From positions 1 through 45,828 of the forward strand of contig WGCX01000320.1 of NCBI GenBank assembly GCA_015493575.1: a stretch of 45,828 nucleotides of DNA, in the 5' to 3' direction. A model generated the notes under the pieces. It saw only the letters and a list, made by a program, of their open reading frames with translations. It was not told the DNA's origin and ran no database searches. A program made the position numbers and the translations under genes. Below, in pieces: positions 26,068-34,498 of the stretch; positions within the stretch are counted from its first letter, which is position 1, and every line of letters starts with the position of its first letter. Origin of the DNA: Desulfobacteraceae bacterium (GTDB lineage: Bacteria; Desulfobacterota; Desulfobacteria; Desulfobacterales; Desulfobacteraceae).

Positions 26068-26230
26068 GGCCGTCGGGAACAGGTATTACCCTTCACTCAT
26101 GTATGCATTCGCATCTCTTCGAGCCTCGTAAATCATCCATGATTTGCTCCTAGGGAAATGGCAGTTCCTGTCACGTCCTGTGACCCACTGCCATTCAATC
26201 CGTTCAGGGCAATACCTGTTCCCGGCGGCC
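26068..26230. other. 163-nt multi-hairpin element closed by a 24-bp stem (candidate ncRNA or MITE)
   Basis: GGCCGTCGGGAACAGGTATTACCC (26068-26091) pairs with GGGCAATACCTGTTCCCGGCGGCC (26207-26230), with one G-T and one A-C. The stem encloses three hairpins: ATGC/GCAT, AAATCAT/ATGATTT, and AATGGCAG/CTGCCATT with a nested GTCAC/GTGAC. Confidence 0.5.
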
Positions 26231-26302
26231 TTCAGTGTGGAGTTTCATGCTTTGTCAAAATCTCTGATTTTGTGTCCTAAGGACATGGCAGTTATATAAG
26301 TC

Positions 26303-28567
26303 TTATTCGGGAATCACCTGCATTTCCCAGGAGAAAGGTGTTGTCTGTTTATCTTTTCTTACATGTTCCTTGTCCTGTCCACTGTTGATCATAACCTCTT
26401 TTATGGTTGCATTGTTTATGTTCGTTTTAATTATTTTTTTTGCATGTTTTCCTGCCACCACTGTCCCTGCCATGATTATGCCGGTTGATTGAATCATGGC
26501 AATGCCGGGAGTTTCATGGCTCCAGGCAATTAAATTTTCCTTTTCCGTCATAAATTCTTTAAGCTTATCTTTTTGCAGAGCAATTGAGATGTTTAAACGT
26601 GCAATTTTTTTATCCTGAATATCGGTTTTTTTAAAATATCTATTCAATTGCTGTTCAGCATCTTCAGCATCTTTTTTGAGTTTATTCAGTCTTCCCTTTA
26701 ATTCATTGGTCTTTTGCAGCTCATTTTTAATGTCAAGGGATGAAATTTTTGAAATAATGTTTTTTATTTCCAGGCCGGCCTTATCCTGTATCTGGGCAAG
26801 CATCGTAATCCTGTCCTGATTTTTCCGGTTATTTTCTTCAAGCTCTGCTTTTTTCTTCTTAGATACGTTTAAATGCATTTGCTGATCGTAAATTTTGTTT
26901 TCCAGTTTTTCTTTTTCCTTTAATATGAAAATATCAATACCCGTTGTAATAATAGATGGCATGGACATTTCAGTTCCTATGTCTTTAACATATACACCAA
27001 GTTTTGACGTGATCCTGGAATTTAAAATTTTACCGTTCCTGATAATGCAGGCACCGCTGTTTTCTATTTTCGAGTCCACAATCTCTTTTGTAATATTAAT
27101 ATCTCCCATGGATAATATTGTTGATTTGTTGATAAATTTTGCCTGGATATTTCCCCTTGAATATATACGCGCTTTGCTTATAATTCCATTCACGGTAACA
27201 TTACCGTCAGCATGGATAATTCCGCCGTCTATTTCATTTGCCGAGATATTGTTGCCTTGAACCCTGAATCCATTCTGTACACAGCCGTGTATCCTTATGT
27301 TCCCCTGATAACTTATATGGCCGGTTTCATAATCGACATCCTGTTTTGCAATAAATTCATCAAGTACACTTACAACGCCTGCCCATGAAAGTTTTGGCTG
27401 CCCGTCAATGGCAGCTATTATTTTTGTGTTGTTGTCATAAAAAAGGGCGCCTTTATCATATTTCAGCCTGGTATCGGATACAGGCTTTACAGGAACAATA
27501 TCTCCAAATATGTTCTTGCCGTCTTTTCCTTGAACCGCGGGGATTTTTTCGGCAAGGATTGTTCCTTTTTTCACATGGGGAATTTTCCCTCTGTCTTTAA
27601 AATCAATTTTACCGTCTTTGCCTATTTCGCCGGGTTTGAGTCTGTCCGTATCAAAAAAATATTTAATTTCACCGTTTTTCCCGGGTAGGGGTTCATTCCC
27701 CATGGCGATTCTAAAGGGTTTTTTACTAAAGGTCTTTGATCTTATGAAACCATTTATCAACGTATAATCCACAATTCCAAAAGTGATATTTTCATCTTCC
27801 AATATATCAAGAATGTCTTTTATTTTTGTATTTTTTTCAAAATTTTCTGTTTTCATAAGGTAGGCTGAAAGCCCGTCCTCAGGGATAATAAGTTTTAATC
27901 CCAGTGGGAACAATTTTGTTCTGGCAAAATTTATATTAATACCGTTATCTTTTTTTTCAGGTTCCACTGATTCTTTTTCAATGTTTCCTGTTTTATCTTG
28001 ATTTTGAGTTATTGATTTGTTCTTTTGCTCTAAAATGTTACTTTTTTCCTGTTGAATTAAATGTTCTGCCGGCTGTTTTTCAGTGGCTAAAATTTCTTTT
28101 GATTTTTTTTCATTCTTTTCTTTTTTTTCTTTGAGTCTGTATTTTTCTTTAAGTCTTTGTTGTTCCCTAAGGATCATATCTTTTTCAGCAGAGGAAATGA
28201 TTCCCGCTTCCACAAGAATGTTTCCGATGCGCCTTGCCTTTTTTTTACGAGTTATTTCTTTTTTTTGCTCATCAAGGGCCATTTCAACGAGACTTTTATT
28301 GATTAAACCGAGATTGATGGCGATGACACCGAATCTGATATCTTCCTGCCTTAAAATTCTTGCCTTAGCTGCAGTGTTAAGTCTTTTGATGTCCTTTTCT
28401 GAAATAAGTTTTTTTGCAATGAAATATTTTTTAAGCGCCTCATTGATATTTTGACTGCCAGCGCAGTGAGAAACAGCTTTTTTAAGTTCTTCTTCTTTGA
28501 TAAGAGAATGTTTGAGTGCTAATTTTCCTAAAATAGGGTAGTTGGTTTGTTTATCTTCACAGGACAT
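26303..28567 (-). CDS. FapA/DUF342 family protein with N-terminal MshEN/T2SSE_N-like repeats
   Basis: 754 aa. Three 24-residue RxGxxxxxxG(L/I)I ... L..Q-type motifs at the N-terminus, a Lys/Glu-rich linker, a beta-helix-like region with repeated GNI/GDI turns, and a C-terminal coiled coil. Confidence 0.7.
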   Translation of the reverse strand: MSCEDKQTNYPILGKLALKHSLIKEEELKKAVSHCAGSQNINEALKKYFIAKKLISEKDIKRLNTAAKARILRQEDIRFGVIAINLGLINKSLVEMALDEQKKEITRKKKARRIGNILVEAGIISSAEKDMILREQQRLKEKYRLKEKKEKNEKKSKEILATEKQPAEHLIQQEKSNILEQKNKSITQNQDKTGNIEKESVEPEKKDNGININFARTKLFPLGLKLIIPEDGLSAYLMKTENFEKNTKIKDILDILEDENITFGIVDYTLINGFIRSKTFSKKPFRIAMGNEPLPGKNGEIKYFFDTDRLKPGEIGKDGKIDFKDRGKIPHVKKGTILAEKIPAVQGKDGKNIFGDIVPVKPVSDTRLKYDKGALFYDNNTKIIAAIDGQPKLSWAGVVSVLDEFIAKQDVDYETGHISYQGNIRIHGCVQNGFRVQGNNISANEIDGGIIHADGNVTVNGIISKARIYSRGNIQAKFINKSTILSMGDINITKEIVDSKIENSGACIIRNGKILNSRITSKLGVYVKDIGTEMSMPSIITTGIDIFILKEKEKLENKIYDQQMHLNVSKKKKAELEENNRKNQDRITMLAQIQDKAGLEIKNIISKISSLDIKNELQKTNELKGRLNKLKKDAEDAEQQLNRYFKKTDIQDKKIARLNISIALQKDKLKEFMTEKENLIAWSHETPGIAMIQSTGIIMAGTVVAGKHAKKIIKTNINNATIKEVMINSGQDKEHVRKDKQTTPFSWEMQVIPE

Positions 28568-28585
28568 TTTTATCTGTTTCCTCTG

Positions 28586-30298
28586 TTAAAAGATTGCTGC
28601 AATGATGCCTGCAAGAACGAAATGAAATTCAACGATAAATTCAAGGCGTATGCCGGGAAGCATGGATTTTTTTTCAGTGTAAATGATAAAACAAAGAAGA
28701 GATATAGGAAGAAAAGCAAGATAAAAACCGATTTTCTGTATAATTCCGGTGTCTGATGCAAATGCAAGCATAAAAAAGACAGAGATTAAAATAATTTTTA
28801 TCAGGCGTATACTCTTTTTTTCACCCAGCAGTATGGGCAGGGTCTCTTTCCCGGTGATTCTGTCTCCCTGCATTTCCAGTGTATTAAAAAATGCTGTCCT
28901 TGCAAAAACGAGCCCGGTTGAAAATAAAAAGACCGGTATCACACTTATTTTAATTGATTCTGAAACAGCCGGCAGAATAGACGTTACGATTCCCCAGGCA
29001 AGGGCAATTAAAATTGTTTTGGAACCTGGTATGTCTTTTATGCTTTTTATTCTGGATGTTTTTGTGAAAACAGAAAAAATTTTACGATTATATAAAAGTC
29101 CGAGAATGCTCATCACTGCAAGTATAAAAAAAGAAAAATAATTATCATTAAAGGCAAGAACAAGGCCGGCAGCTCCGCTTACAGCAGACAGGACAGATAG
29201 TGGCACCGTATTTTTTTTGTAGAATGCAGCTCTGTCCGGGTTGTTATATCTGTCGGATTTTATGGTGAAAAGATTGTTGATGATCTGCATGGAGAGAACA
29301 TAGACCATTGCAATGACAGCGTGGTTAAAGCTATTGTGATATTTTAGGCCTTCAAGCCTGACACATGCGAAGGTTAAACATCCTGCCCCAAGGGAGAGCA
29401 GTATATTGGTTTTGAGCAGAAAATTTATAAACTTTAAAATAATTGGATTGTAAAATCGATTTGTAAGGGAATTTTCTATTGTTTTGCAGGTTTTGTTGAT
29501 GATCCAGTTTGGAGTTGAGGCTCCTGCAGTAACTGCCACGGATGCTGCATACTTAAGGGCATCTAAATCAAGCTCGGAAATATCTTCGATATGAAAGGAT
29601 GGTTTTCCCGTTTCCCTTGCAATCTGAGCCAGACGTTGCGTATTGCCGCTTTGTTTGCCTCCGATAACAACAACGGCATCGCTTTGTGCTGCAATTTGTC
29701 TGACCTCTGTCTGACGTTTTTCCGTTGAATCACAAATCGTATCAAAAATTTTATAATGTGGATATTTTTGTTTAATCCATGATTTGATTTCATTATAAAA
29801 AGTGATATTCTGGGTGGTCTGGGCAACAACAACAGCTTTTTTAAATTCCGGAAGCTGCTTAAGTTCATCCAGGGTGGAAACCGTATGTCCCATGTTCCCT
29901 GCATAGCCGAGAAGACCTTTTACTTCAGGATGGGCGGCATCCCCTATTATGATCGAGGAATAATCTTTCTGTCTGTGTTTTCTTAATATCGTCTGTACTC
30001 TTATAACCCTTGGACATGTAGCATTTATAACACGAAATCCTGCTTTTTTAAGGGCCTCTTCATCTGCAGGCGGAACCCCGTGTGCCCGTATAACAACAAG
30101 CCCCTTCCCATGTTCCGGAATCTCATTTATGCTTGGGATACCTTTTTCCTTCAGCATTTCAAGGACCTGGGGATTGTGAATTAAAGGTCCGTAGGTACAT
30201 ATGGAATCACAAGTTGTATTTGATGCATCAAGAACGATATCCACGGCACGACGCACCCCCATGCAGAACCCTGCTGTTTTTGCTATTGTTATTTTCAT
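28586..30298 (-). CDS. ispH: IspH (HMBPP reductase) fused to a C-terminal UbiA-type prenyltransferase membrane domain
   Basis: Residues 1-280 are IspH-like (GFCMGVRRAV, PLIHNP, HPEV, GGKQSGNTQRL, ASTP). Residues 285-570 have about 8 TM segments and the UbiA second Asp-rich region MQGDRITGKETLPILLG. The ATGA overlap couples it to parB. Confidence 0.8.
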   Translation of the reverse strand: MKITIAKTAGFCMGVRRAVDIVLDASNTTCDSICTYGPLIHNPQVLEMLKEKGIPSINEIPEHGKGLVVIRAHGVPPADEEALKKAGFRVINATCPRVIRVQTILRKHRQKDYSSIIIGDAAHPEVKGLLGYAGNMGHTVSTLDELKQLPEFKKAVVVAQTTQNITFYNEIKSWIKQKYPHYKIFDTICDSTEKRQTEVRQIAAQSDAVVVIGGKQSGNTQRLAQIARETGKPSFHIEDISELDLDALKYAASVAVTAGASTPNWIINKTCKTIENSLTNRFYNPIILKFINFLLKTNILLSLGAGCLTFACVRLEGLKYHNSFNHAVIAMVYVLSMQIINNLFTIKSDRYNNPDRAAFYKKNTVPLSVLSAVSGAAGLVLAFNDNYFSFFILAVMSILGLLYNRKIFSVFTKTSRIKSIKDIPGSKTILIALAWGIVTSILPAVSESIKISVIPVFLFSTGLVFARTAFFNTLEMQGDRITGKETLPILLGEKKSIRLIKIILISVFFMLAFASDTGIIQKIGFYLAFLPISLLCFIIYTEKKSMLPGIRLEFIVEFHFVLAGIIAAIF

Positions 30299-31179
30299 GA
30301 AAGGTCGCTTAAAAGTTTTATAAGACGTTGGAATTCTTCCTTTGTGGAAAATTTAATTTCAAATTTTCCCTTTTCACCCTGTTTTTTTATCTTTACCTTT
30401 GAATCTATTTTTCTGGAAAGCTCTGCACATATTCTGTTAATATAGTTCTGGTCAGGATTGTCATCCGTGGAAGGACAAGTTTTGTTTTTACCGGCCTGCC
30501 CGGAGGATTTCATCCTGTTAACAAGTTGTTCAACCGCCCTGACGGACAGCTGTTTTTCCATTACTTCTTTCCATGCTCTGATCTGGTTTTCTTCCCGGCC
30601 TGCACCGAGTAATGCCCTTGCATGGCCCATGGATATCTCATTTCCAATCAGACTTTTTTTTATAATTTCAGGTAATCCCAGAAGCCTTATGAAATTTGCA
30701 ATCGTTGACCGGTCTTTGCCTATCTTTTTTGCAACCATGGCCTGTGTGTAGTTAAATTCACAAATCAGTCTGTTATACGCTTCAGCCTCTTCAAGGGGGT
30801 TCAGATTCTGCCGTTGAACATTTTCAATGATGGATATTTCCAGCATCTGTTCGTCACTCAGCTCTTTGACCAGCACCGGTACATATTCCAGTTCTGCCAT
30901 TTTCGCAGCCCGAAGTCTTCTTTCTCCTGCAATGAGCTCATATGAGTCTTGATTTTTCCTCACGAGAAGGGGCTGCAGAATGCCCTGATCTGCAATGGAT
31001 ACTTTTAATTTTTCCATTTCCTCCTCGGAAAAGGATTGCCGCGGCTGGAATTTATTTGGAGTTATATTGTCTATATCACACATGAAAAATGCTTCAGTAT
31101 TTTCATCCACGAATTCAAAATCAGGAATAAGTGCTGAGATTCCTCTGCCAAGGCCTGTTTTTTTATTTTCTGCTGTCAT
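30295..31179 (-). CDS. parB: Chromosome partitioning protein ParB
   Basis: GLGRGISALIP, GERRLRAAK box and HTH. I trimmed the start to MTAENKK (31179). The longer track ORF overlaps parA by 125 nt. Confidence 0.9.
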   Translation of the reverse strand: MTAENKKTGLGRGISALIPDFEFVDENTEAFFMCDIDNITPNKFQPRQSFSEEEMEKLKVSIADQGILQPLLVRKNQDSYELIAGERRLRAAKMAELEYVPVLVKELSDEQMLEISIIENVQRQNLNPLEEAEAYNRLICEFNYTQAMVAKKIGKDRSTIANFIRLLGLPEIIKKSLIGNEISMGHARALLGAGREENQIRAWKEVMEKQLSVRAVEQLVNRMKSSGQAGKNKTCPSTDDNPDQNYINRICAELSRKIDSKVKIKKQGEKGKFEIKFSTKEEFQRLIKLLSDLS

Positions 31180-31933
31180 TTTCAAGAAGCTCCTCTGCAA
31201 GGGCAATATAACTTTTTGCACCAATTGATGATTTATTATAAGCGATGACCGGCATACCAAAGCTTGGCGCTTCGCCCAGCTTGACATTTCTCGGGATTCT
31301 GGTTTTAAAAATCATTTTTTTAAAATATTTTTCAGCATCTTCAACAACCTGCTGTGCAAGATTTGTCCTTTTATCAAACATTGTCAGTAGGATGCCTTTT
31401 ATTCTGAGATTGGGATTAATGGATAATTTTATCCTTTTTATGGTTGAAAGCAATTGACCGAGTCCTTCCAAAGCGTAAAATTCGCTTTGGAGGGGAATGA
31501 TTACAGATCTGGCAGCAGCAAGGGCGTTAAGCGTCAGAAGACTTAAAGAAGGAGGACAGTCAATAATGATATAATCATAATCCCCTTTAATTTTTGCAAG
31601 TAATTTTTTCAAAATTTTTTCTCTTCCCTTTTTTTCCATCATTTCCACCTCAAAACCAATCAGATCCACATTGGAAGGTGCAATTGTCAGGTTTTTTATT
31701 TCCGTGGGAAGGATGATCTCATCCAATTTTACCTCGCCGATGAGAGCATTATAGATGGAAAATTTTAGTGCAGGCTTGTCGATTCCCGTGCCTGTTGTGG
31801 CATTGGCCTGCGGGTCACAATCAACAAGCAGGGCTTTTTCCCCTGCAACGGCAAGGGCAGCAGAAAGGTTAACCGCTGTTGTCGTCTTGCCAACTCCGCC
31901 TTTTTGATTTGATATGCTTATTATCTGTGTCAT
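31163..31933 (-). CDS. parA: ParA/Soj partition ATPase
   Basis: Deviant Walker A NQKGGVGKTTT, and DCPPS. Confidence 0.9.
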   Translation of the reverse strand: MTQIISISNQKGGVGKTTTAVNLSAALAVAGEKALLVDCDPQANATTGTGIDKPALKFSIYNALIGEVKLDEIILPTEIKNLTIAPSNVDLIGFEVEMMEKKGREKILKKLLAKIKGDYDYIIIDCPPSLSLLTLNALAAARSVIIPLQSEFYALEGLGQLLSTIKRIKLSINPNLRIKGILLTMFDKRTNLAQQVVEDAEKYFKKMIFKTRIPRNVKLGEAPSFGMPVIAYNKSSIGAKSYIALAEELLENDSRK

Positions 31934-32069
31934 GGTTAAAAATTGTTATCACAATTATCATGTCAGAGCAAATGCATTTAAAATGTTATCATAATTTTTT
32001 TTGCATACCGGTAAATTAAAATTATCTTATTGTTGACCTTAAGATGTTTCTCTGGTATTACACTTTTCG

Positions 32070-32249
32070 ATGAAATCAATTGACGAACAGATACTGCGAA
32101 CCACTAAGGAAATTGTGGTAAAATTTATTGAAATCGGAAGACTGTCTCCATCAAGCGTGCATGAATCCTTCAGAGACATCTACGCCACGATAAGGGAAAC
32201 GATTAAAGAAACCGATACTGATTCGATCTTTAAAGACGAAAAAAAATAA
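32070..32249 (+). CDS. Small hypothetical protein (59 aa), possibly leaderless
   Basis: Below the track cutoff. The ORF is MKSIDEQILRTTKEIVVKFIEIGRLSPSSVHESFRDIYATIRETIKETDTDSIFKDEKK, an amphipathic helical pattern. There is no SD. TTGACC-N17-TATTAC ends about 10 nt before the ATG. Confidence 0.35.
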   Translation: MKSIDEQILRTTKEIVVKFIEIGRLSPSSVHESFRDIYATIRETIKETDTDSIFKDEKK

Positions 32250-32377
32250 TTTTAACTTAGAAAACCTGAAAATAAAATAATACAGATAACACAATCTCAC
32301 CTCTTTGCAACAGCCATGAACCCTTAATTTACAAACGACGATGAGCCATAATATATACAATAAGGAGATTTTACCCA

Positions 32378-33163
32378 ATGAACGATTCTCTTCAGAACCC
32401 GAATAATGGGCAGAAGAATAGACGCGGCACCAGAACCCGAAAAGTTTTTGACAGCAGTCATTCCTATAATTCAAATTCTCAATTTCATTCAGGCAAGTAC
32501 CAGGGGGTGCGCAGTGGAAATATGCAGAGGCCCGGTAACGGCAGGCAGAATTATCAATCTAACTCAGGGGAAAAAATTAGCCTGCTTTCTCCGGAAACTG
32601 TTGATACCATTGTTTCTCTTATCAGGATGATGACAACGAATCAGGAACTTCTTCTCGATGTTCAGGAGAGGAGAGTTGCTGCAGAGGAACGTAAGGCCAA
32701 TGCCCTGGAAAATATTGCGGCGTACTTTAGTGCTCTTTCTGCACAGGATGATTTGCAAACTGAAGATGGCGAAATGGTCATGGATGACTCTTTTCATGAA
32801 GAAGAGGAAAAATTCAGCGCTGAACCATCTCTGCTGGATGATTCAACTGAATTCTGTTCAGAATCGAAGCAGGATACTCCACAGAACAATATAAGAAAAA
32901 CAATAAATTCCGGCACGACAGCCACGGAAAAAAAAGAAAAATCGTCTGATACTCCATCAGAAGTTTCCTTAGACAAAAAAGTTTTATCCCGTGAAGATGC
33001 CATGGAAACCATTTACCGTATGCGTGATCAGGGGGCAACTTTTAATCAGATTGCAGAGTATTTTATAGAAATCGGCCAGCCTACTTTTTCAGGCAAAGGT
33101 AAATGGCATGCACAGACAATTCACCGTCTGATGCAGAAGCAGAAACAATCAGAAGCTGTCTGA
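32378..33163 (+). CDS. Hypothetical protein: disordered N/Q/R/G-rich N-terminus, acidic middle, C-terminal resolvase-type HTH / recombinase-like motif
   Basis: AAGGAGA RBS. The C-terminal MRDQGATFNQIAEYFIEIGQPTFSGKGKWHAQTIHRLM resembles the DNA-binding tail of serine recombinases. There is no catalytic domain. Confidence 0.5.
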   Translation: MNDSLQNPNNGQKNRRGTRTRKVFDSSHSYNSNSQFHSGKYQGVRSGNMQRPGNGRQNYQSNSGEKISLLSPETVDTIVSLIRMMTTNQELLLDVQERRVAAEERKANALENIAAYFSALSAQDDLQTEDGEMVMDDSFHEEEEKFSAEPSLLDDSTEFCSESKQDTPQNNIRKTINSGTTATEKKEKSSDTPSEVSLDKKVLSREDAMETIYRMRDQGATFNQIAEYFIEIGQPTFSGKGKWHAQTIHRLMQKQKQSEAV

Positions 33164-33201
33164 ATATTTGAGTATTATTAAAAGACCATGTATATAACCA
33201 A

Positions 33202-33277
33202 AGCGGGCGATGCCCGCAACCCATATGCCTGCCTCAATTTCTTGTTTTTTATTGCAGGAATTCAGGGATAAGGCACT
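33202..33277 (+). repeat. Family-2 element (two-hairpin, AA-flanked)
   Basis: A full copy. Its last 2 nt plus the flanking A form the TAG stop codon of the HNH gene on the minus strand. Confidence 0.75.
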
Positions 33278-33575
33278 AATTAATGGAATTCATATATTCA
33301 TTCCATTCCAGGGGTAGAAACTGACGTTTTTTCGTGTTGCACTCCTTGCAGCATGGGACAAGGTTTATTTTTACAGATTTTCCGCCCCTGGCAATGGGAA
33401 TCACATGATCCATTGTAAGCTCTCCGGGGCTAAATTTTTTTCCGCAATAATGACAGATCCCGGTGGACCGCTTTCTTTTCCACCATTGGCTGTTCCTTAA
33501 TTTTCTAGCTTTTGCTTTTTCTTTTTTTTGAAGTTGTTCATCAACGTCATCATAAAACATGTAGCCTGTGGTCAT
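33276..33575 (-). CDS. Small HNH endonuclease
   Basis: 99 aa. CHYCGKKF ... DHVIPIARGG ... NLVPCCKECNTKK is an HNH zinc-finger nuclease motif. Its start overlaps the era stop (TGATG). Confidence 0.8.
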   Translation of the reverse strand: MTTGYMFYDDVDEQLQKKEKAKARKLRNSQWWKRKRSTGICHYCGKKFSPGELTMDHVIPIARGGKSVKINLVPCCKECNTKKRQFLPLEWNEYMNSIN

Positions 33576-34498
33576 CAGTATCCAAACTCCTTGAGAATTC
33601 TTTCATTTTTAACCCAGTTTTTCGTTACCCTGACAAAAAGCTTAAGCAGTACTTTTGACCCGGTCATTCTCTCGATGTCTTTTCTGGCATGCTCTCCGAT
33701 TTTTTTTAGCATTTTGCCTGATTTGCCTATTATTATTCCCTTCTGGGAATCACGGGCAACATGTATGGTTGCGTGAATTATAATGAGTTTTTTGTTAATT
33801 TTAAAAGAGTCCACTGTAACTGCAATTGAATAGGGAATTTCCATTCCTGTAAGCCTGAACACTTTTTCCCTTATCATCTCAGCTGCAATGAATTTTTCAG
33901 ACATATCTGTGAGTGTGTCTTCGGGAAAGAATGCCGGTCCCACGGGCAGACAGTTTTCTATCTCCTCCAACAGCTCAAATGTCTGGCTGCCTGTTTTTGC
34001 GGAAACAGGAACCACAGCCTTAAAATTGAATATCAAAGAGAATTTTTTAATCATGGGAAGAATATCATGCTTTGCAATTAAATCAATTTTGTTTAGTCCA
34101 AGTACAACGGGTTTACCTGTTTTTTCAAGCTGCTCAATTATAATTTTTTCAGAATCGTTATCCCGGGATGCAGCATCCGTCAATAGGAGGATGATATCAA
34201 CATCTGCAACTGCAGCAAGGGCCTGATCCACAATTTTTCTGTTAAGCAGAGATTTTGGTTTGTGAATACCTGGCGTATCAATGAAAATAATCTGGGAAGA
34301 AGTCCGGTTTACAACACCCAGTATCCTGTCCCTTGTGGTCTGGGGTTTTTTTGATGTTATTGAAATTTTTTCTCCAAGCACTCTGTTTAAAAGGGTTGAT
34401 TTTCCCGCATTGGGAGCACCTGCAATTGCGACAAAGCCGGATTTGAATTTTTTTTCCTGTTTATTTATTGTTTTTTTAATTTTATTTTTTCCAGGCAT
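33575..34498 (-). CDS. era: GTPase Era
   Basis: G1 GAPNAGKSTLLN, G3 DTPG, G4 NKID, and a C-terminal KH domain (GIIIGKSGKMLKKIG). Confidence 0.95.
   Translation of the reverse strand: MPGKNKIKKTINKQEKKFKSGFVAIAGAPNAGKSTLLNRVLGEKISITSKKPQTTRDRILGVVNRTSSQIIFIDTPGIHKPKSLLNRKIVDQALAAVADVDIILLLTDAASRDNDSEKIIIEQLEKTGKPVVLGLNKIDLIAKHDILPMIKKFSLIFNFKAVVPVSAKTGSQTFELLEEIENCLPVGPAFFPEDTLTDMSEKFIAAEMIREKVFRLTGMEIPYSIAVTVDSFKINKKLIIIHATIHVARDSQKGIIIGKSGKMLKKIGEHARKDIERMTGSKVLLKLFVRVTKNWVKNERILKEFGY

Noticed and set aside
26068-26230. The long-stem element, considered as 6S RNA, a retron msr/msd, or an omega/HEARO-type guide RNA
   Set aside because: 6S RNA is a single long irregular hairpin with a central bubble, not a multi-branch structure. 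There is no reverse transcriptase, TnpB or IscB gene nearby. I kept it only as an unclassified structured element.
32151-32474. 107-aa minus-strand ORF
   Set aside because: It overlaps the start of the well-supported 32378 gene and the small + strand ORF. It has a Cys/Phe-rich odd composition and no RBS.
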